Positions 38,241 through 52,085 of a stretch of DNA of 64,000 nucleotides are shown here, piece by piece; the first letter of the stretch is position 1; the number at the start of each line of letters is the position of its first letter. This stretch comes from Octopus vulgaris (taxonomy: Eukaryota), in the NCBI GenBank assembly GCA_951406725.2, contig OX597818.1, forward strand, positions 132,990,001-133,054,000, given 5' to 3'. The translations under genes and the position numbers were made by a program. The notes under the pieces are model-generated. The model ran no database searches. It saw only the letters and a program-made list of their open reading frames with translations, and was not told where the DNA came from.

Positions 38241-38794
38241 CAAGCCTGTATCTTAACAATACTGAATAAAGAAAACAACATAAATGACCTATCTAAAATT
38301 AAACACTAGATACGCAATATGAACTACAGGTGAATGAAATACTAATGCAGCATATGATGTACAGCCCTTGCAGAAATCAAAACCCAAGTGCACTTGTATG
38401 GAAAATAGTCATTGCCAAATGGATTTTTAAGAGGAGAAAGATCTAATGCAGGGTTCGGCAGATGAGGGTAATTTACCTCAAGTGGGGTAAAAATGAAATT
38501 CTTGTGGGTGATGAGGACTTGTTAGACATAAGTAAAATTATAGAAAAAACATGTTCCGTGTAATGACTGAAATCTTTCTTGTGGCATCCTACCTTTGCAA
38601 ACAAGGATTTTCCACTAATGAACATAAAAACAAAGCAGAGAAATCGATTGGGCCTGGAAAACTGTATTCAAATTGCTCTGGCATCAAAATGCCCCCATTT
38701 TGATGGAACTGTAACAAAAATGAAGCAGTTTCATTTCTCTAAAACCTGAAGTGAAAAAGTTTCTAGAAAAATCCTTTTGCTTCATAATGGGGAT

Positions 38795-39135
38795 ACTCTT
38801 TTACTCTTTTACTTGTTTCAGTCACCTGATTCTTTTACTTGTTTCAGTCATTTTGACTGTGGCCATGCTGGAGCACCGCCTTTAGTCGAGCAAATCGACC
38901 CCGGGACTTATTCTTTGTAAGCCCAGTACTTACTCTATTGGTCACTTTTGCTGAACCACTAAGTAACGGGAATGTAAACACACCAGCATCAGTTGTCAAG
39001 CAATGCCAGGGGGACAAACACAGACACACAAACACATACACACACATATATATATATACATATATACGACAGGCTTCTTTCAGTTTCCGTCTACCAAATC
39101 CACTCACAAGGCATTGGTCGGCCCGGAGCTATAGC
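38795..39135 (-). mobile_element. SINE family B, 5'-truncated
   Basis: Tail and middle present, tRNA head absent. Confidence 0.88.
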
Positions 39136-40039
39136 AGTGATTCCTGCATTTGCTGTGACCATAAATAAGTTACAAAAGCAGTTATTCATAAATATACTAC
39201 CACCTCTTGTCGTTACCTATAGATAGTTGTATGCAGTGGTCAACAGAATTAAAAGTAATAAAAATTTGAGGTTGTACTTAGAAAGAAGTGATGATCGAGT
39301 AAATCTAACTGGAAATAGATTTTTCACATAAAAATGTAATAAAAGATCTCCTTGATTAAGCATGAAAATATATACGAACTATTCTATCACTCTTACTTTA
39401 TTCTTAACATCAATATTAGTCTTGTGTTTCGTATATATTATGCTTTCCCTGAAGACATTAACCTGCAATGTTCAAGCAGTTTATCAGCCACATCAGTTTC
39501 ACTAATGTGGAATGTGAAGGAGAATGTGGAATGTGAAGAATAAAAAAGCCATGAGCCTGCCCCTTCGCTTCCTTTGACTAAGATATAAAAACACATAAAA
39601 GTAGTTGAGTCTTCACCATTATGTCTTATTTTCAGATATAGTCTATCTAGGAGTATATGATCAAATGTTTCCTTTTCATATGATAGAGTACGACCTGCAG
39701 GAGTCAATCATCTTGCTATTCTTGCAGGACGATTGACAATTGCATGTCCCTTTCCCATGTCAGAAATTAATAGTGGAGTATATAATTAGAAACATTTGCC
39801 AGAGGTTATCAGGCCACACCTGGTCAAAGCAAAAACCTATGTGTAACATAGATAAGAATAGCTGCAAGTAAAGAGTAAAGTGGTTTGACATATATCTGTA
39901 CTGGAGATCACAAAGAAGTCAAAGCGATCGAAAGTGATATAACATGTGAACAATTTTGTTTATCTACATCACCCTTGGAGATTTTGAGTGTAGTAGTGAA
40001 TAGTATTAGAGAGGTTGCTGTGCATCTTTTATTTTTTAA

Positions 40040-40360
40040 ACTTTTATCTTTTGCTTGTTTCAGTCATTGGACTGCAGCCATGCTGAAGCACTGCCTTGGT
40101 GAGTTTAGTTGAACAAATCGACCCCCAGTACTTATTTTTAAGCCTGTTACTTATTCTATCAGTTTCTTTGAGTGAACTGTTAAGTTATAGGGATGTAAAC
40201 TAATCAACACCAGATATCAAGCAGTAGGGGAACAAACTAAAACACAAAGACACACGTACATGGACACACACACACACACACACACACGTACACACATACA
40301 TGACAGGCTTTTTTTTAGATTCCATTTACCAAATTCACTCACAAGGCTTTTTACCACATG
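40040..40360 (-). mobile_element. SINE family B, degenerate
   Basis: CAGTCATTGGACTGCAGCCATGCTG...CAAATTCACTCACAAGGC. Confidence 0.7.
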
Positions 40361-40429
40361 GCCATGCCTACTTCTGTATACTGGGTCTGGCAGAAGGGGC
40401 AGTGTTGTTGGCCTCTTCAGCTCCTGCAA

Positions 40430-40720
40430 GAGAAATGAGACTGATGCCATTAATGTTCTTCTTGAACAACGGCAAGTTAACAGCTGACGAAATGATAAGA
40501 ACAGGGTGGCAGTTCCTGAGAGCCAGCCCTCTGGGAAGGAAAGACATGATATAGTTTTTAATGCAGATCCTGGAAGGCTGAGACTGAACACAATGAGGGT
40601 GAAGAGAGAAACAGAGACAAGTGAGGCAATAAAACTAGAGTGGGTGTGGACTGAATCTGGCCAGCTCCAAGTTCAGGGCTAGGGGAGCAGTAGAACAGGT
40701 AGAGAAAGTGGAGACAATAG
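40430..40720 (-). mobile_element. Decayed CR1/L2/Jockey-group LINE ORF2 end
   Basis: Minus strand ends ...YIMSFLPRGLALRNCHPVLIISSAVNLPLFKKNIN, resembling SFxPRT..LWN.LP......L..FK. Confidence 0.45.
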
Positions 40721-40745
40721 GAATGAAATTCAGAAATTGGAACAT

Positions 40746-41130
40746 AGGTGCAGGAGCGGCTGTGTGGTAAGTGGCTTGCTTACCAACCACGTGGTTCTGG
40801 GCAAGTGTCTTCTACTATAGCCCTGGGCTGACCAAAGCCTTTTCAGTGGATTTGGTAGACAGAAACTGAAAGAAACCTGTCGTATATATGTATATATATA
40901 TGTGTGTGTGTGTGTCTGTGTGTCTGTGTTTGTCCCCCTAGCATTGCTTGACAACCGATGCTGGTGTGTTTACATCCCTGTTACTTAGCGGTTCGGCAAA
41001 AGAGACTGATAGAATAAGTACTGGGCTTACAAAGAATAAGTGCCGGGTCGATTTGCTCGACTAAAGGCGGTGCTCCAGCATGGCCGCAGTCAAATGATTG
41101 AAACAAGTAAAAGAGTAAAGAGTAAAGAGT
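40746..41130 (+). mobile_element. SINE family B with a deletion in the head
   Basis: Lacks the B-box segment. Otherwise matches 41929-42340. Confidence 0.88.
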
Positions 41131-41204
41131 GTGCTGACCAAAGTGACCACCCCTGGTTTGCAAAAGTCAGTGATCCAGAAAAGTTTTGGAAACATATATT
41201 TCTA

Positions 41205-41675
41205 TCATCATCATCATCATCATCATCATCGTTTAGCGTCCGCTTTCCATGCTAGCATGGGTTGGACGGTTCGACCGGGGATCTGGGAAGCCAGAAGGCT
41301 GCACCAGGCTCCAGTCTTATCTGGCAATGTTTCTACAGCTGGATGCCCTTCCTAATGCCAACCACTCCGTGAGTGTAGTGGGTGCTTTTTACGTGCCACC
41401 CGCACAGGTGCCAGGCGAGGCTGGTGCCTCAACAGGTCTTTGTGTCCAAGGGAGGAAAGGCATGCATAAGTGGGCTGGGCTCACTTGTCCTGCCTGGTCT
41501 TCTCATGTACAGCATATTTCCAAAGGTCTTGGTCGCTGGTCATTTCCTCAGTGAGGCCTAAAGTTCGAAGGTCGTGCTTCACCACCTCGTCCCAGGTTTT
41601 CCTGGGTCTACCTCTTCCACGAGTTCCCTCAACTGCTAGGGACTGGCACTTTTTCACACACCTATCTTCATCCAT
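41205..41675 (-). mobile_element. 5'-truncated RTE-clade LINE (ORF C-terminus, 3' UTR, (GAT)n tail)
   Basis: MDEDRCVKKCQSLAVEGTRGRGRPRKTWDEVVKHDLRTLGLTEEMTSDQDLWK is the typical RTE C-terminus. It links the common (GAT)n-tailed repeat to an RTE LINE. Confidence 0.9.
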
Positions 41676-41928
41676 TTCTATATCTTGTGATAAATGCTGC
41701 TGCAGTACCAACTTTCTAAACATTGACGGCCTGAAACCTCATATAACCTGCACTAGTTTACAAACAGGAATTTCAAATTCCTGTGGCAGCCAGGCTAGTT
41801 TACTGGTACCATGTAAAGACTCATATCAATCACAGTACGATATTAATAAACTTGTATTATTTATGCCAAAGTACAGATACCTGTATCTTATTTAATTATT
41901 TAAGTAATTCAAAATATTTGCTTAATTC

Positions 41929-42340
41929 AGGCACAGGAGTGGCTGTGTGGTAAGTAGCCTGCTTACCAACCACATGGTTCTGGGTTCAGTCCCACTGCGT
42001 GGCATCTTGGGCAAGTGTCTTCTGCTATAGCCCCGGGCCAACCAAAGCCTTGTGAGTGGATTTGGTAGACAGAAACTGAAAGAAGCCTGTTGTATATATG
42101 TGTATATATATATATATGTATGTGTGTGTGTTTGTGTGTCTGTGTTTGTCCCCCTAGCATTGCTTGACAACCGATGCTGGTGTGTTTACATCCCTGTTAC
42201 TTAGTGGTTCAGCAAAAGAGACCGATAGAATAAGTACTGGGCTTACAAAGAATAAGTGCTGGGGTCGATTTGCTCGACTAAAGGTGGTGCTCCAGCATGG
42301 CCGCAGTCAAATGACTGAAACAAGTAAAAGAGTAAAGAGT
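41929..42340 (+). mobile_element. SINE family B, full length
   Basis: As 15777-16203. Confidence 0.92.
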
Positions 42341-44615
42341 GTGCTGACCAAGGTGACCACCCCTGGTTTGCAAAAGTCAGTGATCCAGAAAAGTTTTGGA
42401 ACCAAAGATTCTAGAAAATCAATGTTATATGTACTGCAAAATCAAGAGAGTGGGGACAGAGAGAAAGAGAAAGTAGCTAAGTTAGAAAGAATGAGGAAGT
42501 AGATGCAGGGTTTTAGAAATGTCTACAACAGGTGCACAATTACACCTGTTGTAACCATTGCTACAACAGGTGTTACAACTGATTTCACATCCTTATCATT
42601 AACTCTTTATTTTCCCATACATTTGAGAAAAAAACTGGCACACATGCCTGCCTTTTAGATAAAAGTTAATGAAGTATGAGCCAACAAAGAAGACTTTACA
42701 TAGCCACTCAGCGTGCTAGAAATAGCAACCAAATCTCCCTCAAATCAAACTCAGAAAAGTACCTGGGATAATACAGGTTTATGTATTCCAATCACTTTAC
42801 CTCAGAGCTAAGCAACAATGGCAAGAAGCAAATGAAAGGTGAGCATTCTAGTTGCCTCTTATCTTAAAGAAATCATCTAATGATTTCTCACAATATAAAT
42901 AGTTATTTTAGTTTTCTTCTTTATTTCTTCGTGTTTCCTTTAACGTCATTCTTGTGCAGCTAAATTTCTGTTTTCTTTTATTCAAACTATTTATCAAATG
43001 CTTACCTGCTGTTAAGTGTGTGTTGTTATATTCAATATATTTGTATAATGGCTTTAGATTTGATTTACCAACCAATTTACACAAGTACAAGTCTATTATT
43101 GTTTTCAGTTTTGCTTCATATTAATTTGTTTCTTTCTCAGTATTTAGAGAAAACATGGAACATCAAATAATAGCTGCACTCAAGAGAAATGCCTGCTGCA
43201 GTCATAAATTGGTTTTAAAGATATAGAAAATGATAAAGAAAAAAAAATGATAAAACAAATGTAAGAAAAAATATATTAATACAACATTAAAATATAAGAA
43301 TTCATGAAGATGCAAGATAAAATGTAATATATCTACTTGAAGGAATAAATTTAAGCCAATTTGCCAAACAAACCTACCATAAATTATTAAACTGAATCTC
43401 AAATGAATGAAGTAGAAATTGTTGAGAAGGTTAAATTTTACATTATTGTACACGAGGGACTTCCATTGATCGACCAGAATATCTTAGACTAATATGTTAC
43501 ATAGATTTCATTAAAACCCTCTCTATTGAAGGCAAATAAACATTAGTTCAATTTTGTTTTCTTCTTAAAGCTAAGATTGTTTATTTTTGTCATTTTATGA
43601 TGATATATCAGCCATAAATATCAGTTTGACCAGCCTAGTGCTTTTTTTTATTTTATTTTATTTTATTTTATTTTATTTTATTTATTGTTAGGCTAGTTTT
43701 ACTGTTTTGACAGCAGGCATCCATTCAGAACAAAAGATATGGTTGAAGTGAATGATTAGTTCTTGTCCGGGTTTTTTTTTTTTAAATACTCATACAAATA
43801 TAACATTTGGTCTTCAAAGATCGACATATTTCTCATTACAAGATATTTGACACACAATTATACAATTAACAAAAGAAAAAGAAAACTAAAGACACAAATG
43901 ATGAATGTGCTCCAGTTAACTTGAGCGAATGACATCTATGCTAAACTAAAACAGCTTAGGGATATATATTGAGGATGATGATGATGATGATGAGGATGAT
44001 GATGATAATAAATAATAATATCAGTATTACTGAAACGAAACTCCTTTCAGAATATATTGTAGCAGCGCAAAATTAGAACTTAATATATTTCAGCAAAGAA
44101 CATAAATTGATTTTTATTAGTTTCTTTCCTATTTTTTTGGCACCGAATAAATAGTTTTGCTTCTTAAATTAATTAACAATGTAAATTATGTCTGTTCACT
44201 ATCTGAACCATTTCATACATGTGTAAGTATACTAAAATGACTAGTATGTTAACACCATTGTCTATTGATAGAAAAAAGAAATAGTTGATAAATTAGAAGG
44301 GACAACAATGAATGAGCTTAAAACTTTATGACCAGATAACAAACAAAAGCAGTAGTTTGGGAAGATTAGTGTGGAACAACATGAGAATGGAATTCCAATA
44401 GAAAGCATATAACATTTCATTGAGTTACAACAAATATTATATTTCGAGGCAGCTTCCAGTGTATTCAGTGTGGTATTAATGTTAATGATAATGGTTTAGG
44501 CTGGATAAAGTAGCTTTTTACAAGACTGCATAAAATAAATTTGCTTTTTCTTTCTCATTCCTCCAAACAACACTGTCAGTCTACTTTGTCAGTTGAGTTA
44601 AGCATTTGTTAACCA

Positions 44616-44952
44616 AGGTAAAGACCCCCTTCGGTCATGAATGACCATGGGATTGCACCTAGAAAGTTACCCTCCTAGACACAAGTCCGGGCAAGGTTGT
44701 TTATGGAAGACCAGCAGTCGTCCCATGCATACCAGCCTCCCCTCTCCATGCCACCAGTGTTATCCAAGGGAAAGACAAAGGTCGATACAGCTTGGCACCA
44801 GTGACGTCGCAACTCATTTCTACAGCTGAGTGAACTGGAGCAACGTGAAATAAAGTGCTTTGCTCAAGAACACAACACGCAGCCCGGCCTGGGATTCGAG
44901 CTCACAACCTCACGATCATAAGCTCGACGCTCTAACCACTGAGCCATACGCC
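44616..44952 (-). mobile_element. SINE family D, 11-bp TSD
   Basis: TTTGTTAACCA at 44605-44615 and 44953-44963. Aligns with 17552-17894. Confidence 0.9.
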
Positions 44953-45061
44953 TTTGTTAACCATCACAAGGCATTATAGCTTTGAAATATAACAATGGTG
45001 TATGTTAGATTCTGAGTAGCATCAAACTTTTGCTCTTTTATAAACAATCTACTTAAAAGTA

Positions 45062-45569
45062 CCGTAAATCCTCAAGTATAGTCCGCCCTTCAGTATAATA
45101 CGCATGGAATTTTTAGGGGGCTATACTTCTGAAAAACCTAAACCTTGTGTATAATACGCACCCCTTCTCTAACTTGAGTCTTGCATAATTAAGCAAGCAG
45201 CACCTAGTCGAACAAACACTTCCGCGCATGCATAATACAATAATGGTGATGTTCTTAACTGTTATATGGGAATGTAAATATGTTTGCAAATTGTTTTTGT
45301 TACATGTTATTCTGTGTTCTGAATACTTTTATTTTAATAAATGTTGCTTACTGCAAGTTATGGATGATTCTTTTATGACTTCATTGCTTTCAGGCTTAGC
45401 TTAAGGTATTTTTGCGCCCGACATCACAAAATGCGTCTGAATAAACATTACCAGACAGCAAATAGAGACTCAGACATTGCTTAGAATATATTTTTCATTT
45501 TTAACCTCGTATATTATACGCCCTTTAAATTTTGGGGCAAAAATGCAGATTATACCTGAGGATTTTTGG
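45062..45569. mobile_element. Tc1/pogo-type MITE (~510 bp), TA TSD
   Basis: TA|CCGTAAATCCTCAAGTATA ... TATACCTGAGGATTTTTGG|TA imperfect TIRs, with subterminal GTATAATACGC repeats. Confidence 0.75.
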
Positions 45570-45939
45570 TAAATTCCATAAACAATTCTAGCAAAAAAAA
45601 AAAAGAGGTAAACATAAGCAAGAAGTACTCAAAACTGACATATCACAAATGTGAACTCTTGGGCTATTTGTTCTGCAAAGAACTATATACTCTCTTGCAA
45701 CTAGTACCATCAGAATTACTGTGAAACAACGACTGACCAACTAGCCAGCTGCAATATAAAATAACATAAATAAATTTGTACTGAAGTCAAGTCAATTGAC
45801 CAAATTCTGACTCTGTAAACCTGAGTTCTTGTAGAAATTTAAGAAGTCTCAATTTTCTCATTTCTTAGTTTGTTAAAAAGATAATCTTTCATAATCTTCA
45901 TTTTATAGCTCCTTTCCAGCATTTTTGTCTCAGAATATA

Positions 45940-46172
45940 TATTTCTTTACTACCCACAAGGGGCTAAACATAGAGGCGACAAACAAGGACAGACATAGGT
46001 ATCAAGTCGATTACATCGACCCCTGTGCCTAAACTGGTACTTTATTTATCGACCCGAAAGGATGAAAGGCAAAGTCGACCTCGGCAGAATTTGAACTCAG
46101 AAAGTAACGACAGACGAAATACCGCTAAGCATTTCGCCCGGCGCGCTAACGTTTCTGCCAGCTCGCCGCCTT
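45940..46172 (-). mobile_element. SINE family A, full length, 18-bp TSD
   Basis: TTTTTGTCTCAGAATATA at 45922-45939 and 46176-46193. Confidence 0.92.
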
Positions 46173-47171
46173 ATTTTTTTGTCTCAGAATATACCTTACT
46201 TGACCTAAAATTTTTAGATACTATTTATCATTTTTAGTAATATTTCCATCCCACAACACACCTCTTTCAATTTAAAAACTGATACAACATGATTAAATCC
46301 TTGCTTACAACACTCTTCTTCTGTAACATCTTAGTTCATTCTTAGCATCTGCTTTACCATATTAAAAAAATTCATTTCTTTCATCTTCCCTCCTTGACAC
46401 ATTTTAGAACCTCAGATATTTTGCAGTCTTTCTCACTGATATACATGTTGGTATAATTTGCTCTTTTCAGAATTATTTAAATATTCAAATTTTTAATTAA
46501 TTTGTTGTTTTCTAATGAAAAGCATAGAAAAGTACTTTAAATTCACCACAGCTTAAAGGAAAATGACGACATAAATTATTTAGGCTTTTTGGTAAGGATG
46601 GAAATAAGCAGCATGCATGGGTGAGTTTCTGGAATGATTTCATCATCTTAAGTAGTTTACAGAGAATAAACCACTCATCTGAGAAGCTGCTTCAGAAGAT
46701 AGAGAATAAGGAAGGGAGAGGGATGCTGAAGCAGTTTACGAAGAGAGATTGACTTAAAAAGAAGATAAATGTGAGAGTGAGAGAGGGAAAGGGGTTGGGG
46801 CATGGCAAGAAAGTATAATAAATAACAGTACTACTAATAAATACTTAGAGAAGAAAGTGGACAGTGCAACTCAAGATCAAGTCTCAAAGTTGTTACAGCA
46901 GGAAATCATCATTGCATTAGTCTTCGGGGGATATACATGTCTTCAAAATTTTTGATTATATGTTTATATTTCATGCATATCTTCAATTTCTCATCTCCCA
47001 TGGAGACAGTAAAATTTAAAATAGAGCAGTTATATTTCTAAATGAGTACAAGCCAGCCTACTGTCAATGCTCATTTTGTGTTTTGTTGATTGTGGTGATA
47101 GTGGAAATGTGTTTATTTGTAAAAATACAAATTACTTTCTCAGAAAAATAATATCCTTAAAAGATGCTTAA

Positions 47172-47391
47172 CCCTTTTGTGTTTACATTATTCTGCCAAA
47201 GTTAATCCTTTTTTATCCACTTTGTTTTGAACTAATCATGCATTATCTTGTAGTTATGAGAATTTGATGAGGTAGCTGTTAATTTTTAAAACTATATTGT
47301 AGGGTTGGTGTGAGAGACCAGATCTGGCCATTTGAACATAAAACAGGCAGAATACTTTTGGCCGGATATGGCTGGTCTAAATGCTAAAGGG
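47172..47391 (+). mobile_element. piggyBac-like MITE, TTAA TSD
   Basis: TTAA|CCCTTTTG...CTAAAGGG|TTAA. Highly similar to 19946-20166. Confidence 0.88.
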
Positions 47392-47648
47392 TTAAACAAC
47401 TTCCTCATGCCCTCATAGTAAGCAACACTACTGTGCATTACCCTCTACATTACCCTCATAGTAAACAATACTACAGTACAAACCTATTCATCGTCTAATG
47501 TTGCATATCCTCTTCTTTTTTTGCTCTTCTGTCACTATGTTCTCGATATAGTATTAGACAGTGAGTGGAAGAGAAATACACAGCAAAAGCAGCAAGACAG
47601 CCAGGTAATGTGGACAAGCCACTTATATATTACAGAGGAATTTGGATA

Positions 47649-47688
<40 letters not shown>

Positions 47689-48041
47689 TGCATGCGTGTG
47701 TAGTGTGTGTGTTTATACTTATATAATAATTTACCAAAATTCAGAGAAGTGAGTGATGAAATATTGATTCCTTTTCTTGACAGCTGTTTCAAAACGTTTA
47801 CTGCCATGAACAGCTCTGATGAGAAACTGGATTCATTATGCTACAGTACATATCTATATATGAATCTATATGTCTATTTATATGTGTCCAGGATGTTTCA
47901 GTGTCACTTTGGAAGAAATGCAACATTAATCTTATAACCTAATCTCAACTATTGTCTTTTCTGATAGCTGGCCACCTAGCAGATAGGAGCTTAGAGGTCT
48001 GTTAGATTCCCTGAATTCTTATTTCTGTTTTGAATATATAC

Positions 48042-48355
48042 ATCATCATCATCATCATCATTATTATTTAGCATCTATTTTCCATGCTGGCATGAGTTAG
48101 ACAGTTTGACAGGAGATGGTAAGCCAGAGAGCAGTACCAGGCTCCAGTCTGATTTGCCTTGGTTTCTATGGCTAGATGCCTTCCCTAATGCCAACCCCTC
48201 CAAGAGTGTAGTGGGTGCCTTCTACATATCACCAGCATGGGTGCCTATTATGTGTCACCAGCACAGGTGCATTTTACATGTAACCAGCACTGTCCATGAC
48301 AACAATTTTACTTGGCTTGAGTTTTCTCAAGCACAGCAAATTGCCAAAGATCTCA
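48042..48355 (-). mobile_element. RTE-type 3' end
   Basis: (CAT)n plus TTTTCCATGCTGGCATG...GATGCCTTCCCTAATGCCAACC. Confidence 0.7.
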
Positions 48356-48369
48356 ATCATATACATAAA

Positions 48370-48666
<297 letters not shown>

Positions 48667-49396
48667 AGCAAATGGATGTCTTATGAAACTATTCCACACA
48701 AACAGTAATAGCCATACCAATAATCTGACATGCCTCCATCATCAGCTGCCCCACAGATATCATTATGATTTCAACACCTGGGCAGTACCATTCAATCTGT
48801 CAGTGTGAACACCACTAAAACAAGTGTTGTCTGGGGAACACACATGCCTTAAATATTACCACAGTTATTCAGTCTGAATTCTAGGATGGATTAAACACAA
48901 ACATTATTAATTAAACTACAGCAAAGAAACACATTTACCCTATATACAAAAACAGTATTGGTAAATAAATTCAATAAGTAAACCTATAACTGACTCCTTA
49001 ATCATCTAACTAAATAGCAACCAAGCCCTTGAAGTTCATGCAGATACTATTCCCCTCGGTCTTCCATAGTTATTAATATAAAAGTGAAAGCTTTTATATT
49101 CTATTCTCCCCACCCAAAAAAAAAACAAGTTTGATTGAACTTAACTATTAATATAACTAATTCTGAGTGAATTACACTATTTCATAACCCAAAAGTTAAT
49201 AATTAAAACACTACATATGTATTAAATATCTGTTATCCTTACATGCTTTAATGTTAAACTTATACCAGTAATTTAATAGGTAATACTAAAATATCCTTTT
49301 AAATAGGAACTAATAAAAGAATACCTGTAATTAACAATTATTATTAAAACCCTTGTTATGTTTAAAGCTAAATATATAACTGTTTAAAAGATAATA

Positions 49397-49793
49397 TCTA
49401 TATATATAAAAGTGAGGTTGTGTGGTGTCTGTCTCCTACGATTTAGATTCCTAACTACTCCCACATTTTGCGGTGCAGTTTAACTAAAAGCGGGTATCTT
49501 ATAGTCGTGATTCATATCGAGCCCTTCTGGGTATTAGCGTGCATCTACGATGAGTCTACGATTTAAAAAAAAATTTACCATCATTTTTTTCCCATTTTTA
49601 ATGCATTTTTGACATATATAAGGGAAGTAACTCTCTAAAAATTTATTATTAAATCTCAGAACGTAAAAAGCTTCAGTAACATCCCCCCTTTGTGGTTAGC
49701 CATATTGAGATGGCTATTATACTTTACATCTCTAAAAATGCTTATATAGTTATTTCCCTTACAAACCCGAGCAACGCCGGGCGATACTGCTAG
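49397..49793 (+). mobile_element. Non-autonomous Helitron (397 bp)
   Basis: 5' TC(TATATATATAAAA), subterminal hairpin CCCGAGCAACGCCGGG (49766-49781), 3' CTAG. Inserted between A (49396) and T (49794) without a TSD. Confidence 0.9.
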
Positions 49794-49989
49794 TAAAATA
49801 TAAAATATTATCACTTGCATGTTATCTGGACACACGAGGTTCAATCAACTATATTCTCAAAAGACTGTCTTAACTATTGATGAAGTAGTGCGTAGTCCAC
49901 TACTTTCTCAATTGTTTTTAACAATTCTGGTGATGTACTACGCAGTTAGAGTGACTTGTAAGCAGTCCAAATGGACAACCTACAATCCT

Positions 49990-50490
49990 AATCATTAGAC
50001 ATTTAGAAATATTTACTAAGTTGAAGGCTAGATATTACACCATATTTATTTAAAATTTCTCGTCTCCCACCTAAACAGTGATTAAACGTTTTAACTAATT
50101 TACCATATCTATAACCTTGTTTTACTAAATGTCTTAACAGTTTATCTATTCTTTCCAAAAATCTATTAGTATTATTCATAATAGCACTATACCTGATAAT
50201 CTGTCCTTAAAAAACACCATAACCTATAAAAGAAGGAATTCTACTACTGAACCATAGCACTGAAGCTACTTGGAAACCAAAATCTTGTTTTATTATAAAT
50301 GTCAGTACATATCTCATTATTATCCTTAATTACTAAATTGACATCTAAATAATTAATATTCTTTATATTATTACCATTTCTGGTGGCCTTAAGCTCACTT
50401 GGATATATTTTTATAAGTAAAAATTCAAAGAAGCCATAATTAGGTATAATATATAATCTATGTATCTGCAACATCCATTAAGTTGTTTAA
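49990..50490 (-). mobile_element. Decayed Penelope-like (Naiad-type?) reverse transcriptase C-terminal half
   Basis: With two frameshifts: CRYID(Y)ILYL / IYPSELK...INYLDVNL.I...TDIYNK / DFGFQV...SSRIPSFIGYGVF*GQIIRY. Matches the PLE RT pattern RYIDD..IYP.EL..YLD..YDK.DDF.F..SSNIP...YGV...Q.IRY. Confidence 0.75.
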
Positions 50491-50544
50491 GCCAAGTTTT
50501 TTCTTGCACATAGGTCTTTAAGAAAAAAGAACTATAAATATATC

Positions 50545-50766
50545 TGTTTCTTTCTAAAGAAACATAGAGAGGACAAACAAGGACAGACAAACGGATTAAA
50601 TCGATTACATCGACCCCAGTGCATAACTGGTACTTAATTTATCGACCCGGAAAGGATGAAAGGCAAAGTCGACCTCGGCGGAATTTGAACTCAGAACGTA
50701 ACGGCAGACGAAATACGGCTATGCATTTCGCCCAGCATGCTAACGTTTCTGCCAGCTCCCCGCCTT
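50545..50766 (-). mobile_element. SINE family A, 12-bp TSD
   Basis: TATAAATATATC at 50533-50544 and 50767-50778. Confidence 0.88.
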
Positions 50767-50775
50767 TATAAATAT

Positions 50776-51000
50776 ATCATCATCATCATCATCATTTAAC
50801 GTCCACTTGCCATACTGGCATGGGTTGGACAGTTTGACATGGAGGTGGCTAGCAGGGAGCTGTCAAGACTCTGATTGTCTGTTGTGGCATAGTTTCTACA
50901 ACTGGGTGCCCTTCCCAATGCCAACCTCTTAACAGAGTGTGCTGGGTGCTTTTTACATGCCACAAGCATGGATGCTTTTTAAGTGGTACAAGCTCCTGCA
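50776..51000 (-). mobile_element. RTE-type 3' end
   Basis: (CAT)n TTTAACGTCC...GTGCCCTTCCCAATGCCAACC. Confidence 0.7.
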
Positions 51001-51209
51001 AGGTCAAGCCTTTATGTGTGGAAGACAGCAACTTTTCCATATACATATATAGATAGATATAGATATACATACATACATGCAAACATATTGCTCATTAACT
51101 TTTTAGTCACTTCCTTTTACAAATGTTTCAATGATAATAGTTGGTGTGTAAGGAAAACCTCAAAAGCATATTATTTTATCAAATCATCAAACTGAATACC
51201 ATTCGTGAA

Positions 51210-51472
51210 TCATCATCACCATCATTGTCATCGTCATCGTTTAACGTCTGCTTTCTATGCTAGCATGGGTTGGACTATTTGAGTGAGGACTGGAGAATCA
51301 GATGGCTGCACCAGGCTCCAATCTGATTTGGCAGATTTTCTACAGCTGGATGCCGCCCTTCCTAACGCCAACTACTCTGAGTGTGCAGTGGGTGCTTTTA
51401 TGTGCCACCGGCACGAGGGCCATTCAGGGTACTGGCAATGGCCATACTCAAATGGTGTTTTTTACGTGCCCT
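51210..51472 (-). mobile_element. RTE-type 3' end
   Basis: CATCGTTTAACGTC...CCCTTCCTAACGCCAAC. Confidence 0.75.
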
Positions 51473-51998
51473 TTAAAAATTTATAATGAACTCCAGACTT
51501 ATATGCTGTTGTTAGGACAAATTTTTTTCCCCTTTATTGTGTGTTCAACCTTTAGCATACTGCATTTTCTCTAGAATTGTTTCCTTTCCCACTGCCCTGT
51601 TACTTCAGGGAAGAAAGCTCATATGGTGATATGATACACCTACAGTGTGCTAAAGATTAAGAAAATTCTTTAATGTAGTTAAATGAAGTAGTCCTGGTTT
51701 ATTACTACCATAACACTGTTCAGAGTTCACTTTCAATCTTAAATATTATACATTCTAAGATTTGATAACATAAGACACTCATAAAGACTTCTTCATGTAA
51801 CAGATATTATTATAAATGTGACACATTCAATGATATAACTAAATAATTTATGAACAAATTTATAAGCATCTGATGACTAGCTACATTGAGCATTATTTAT
51901 TACAGCATGAATAAATATTACAACATGAATTTCAGCTAGCTATGTAGCATGCATTTTACCTGTTCCACTACCTCAATTTGGATTTTTAAATCATATTT

Positions 51999-52085
<87 letters not shown>

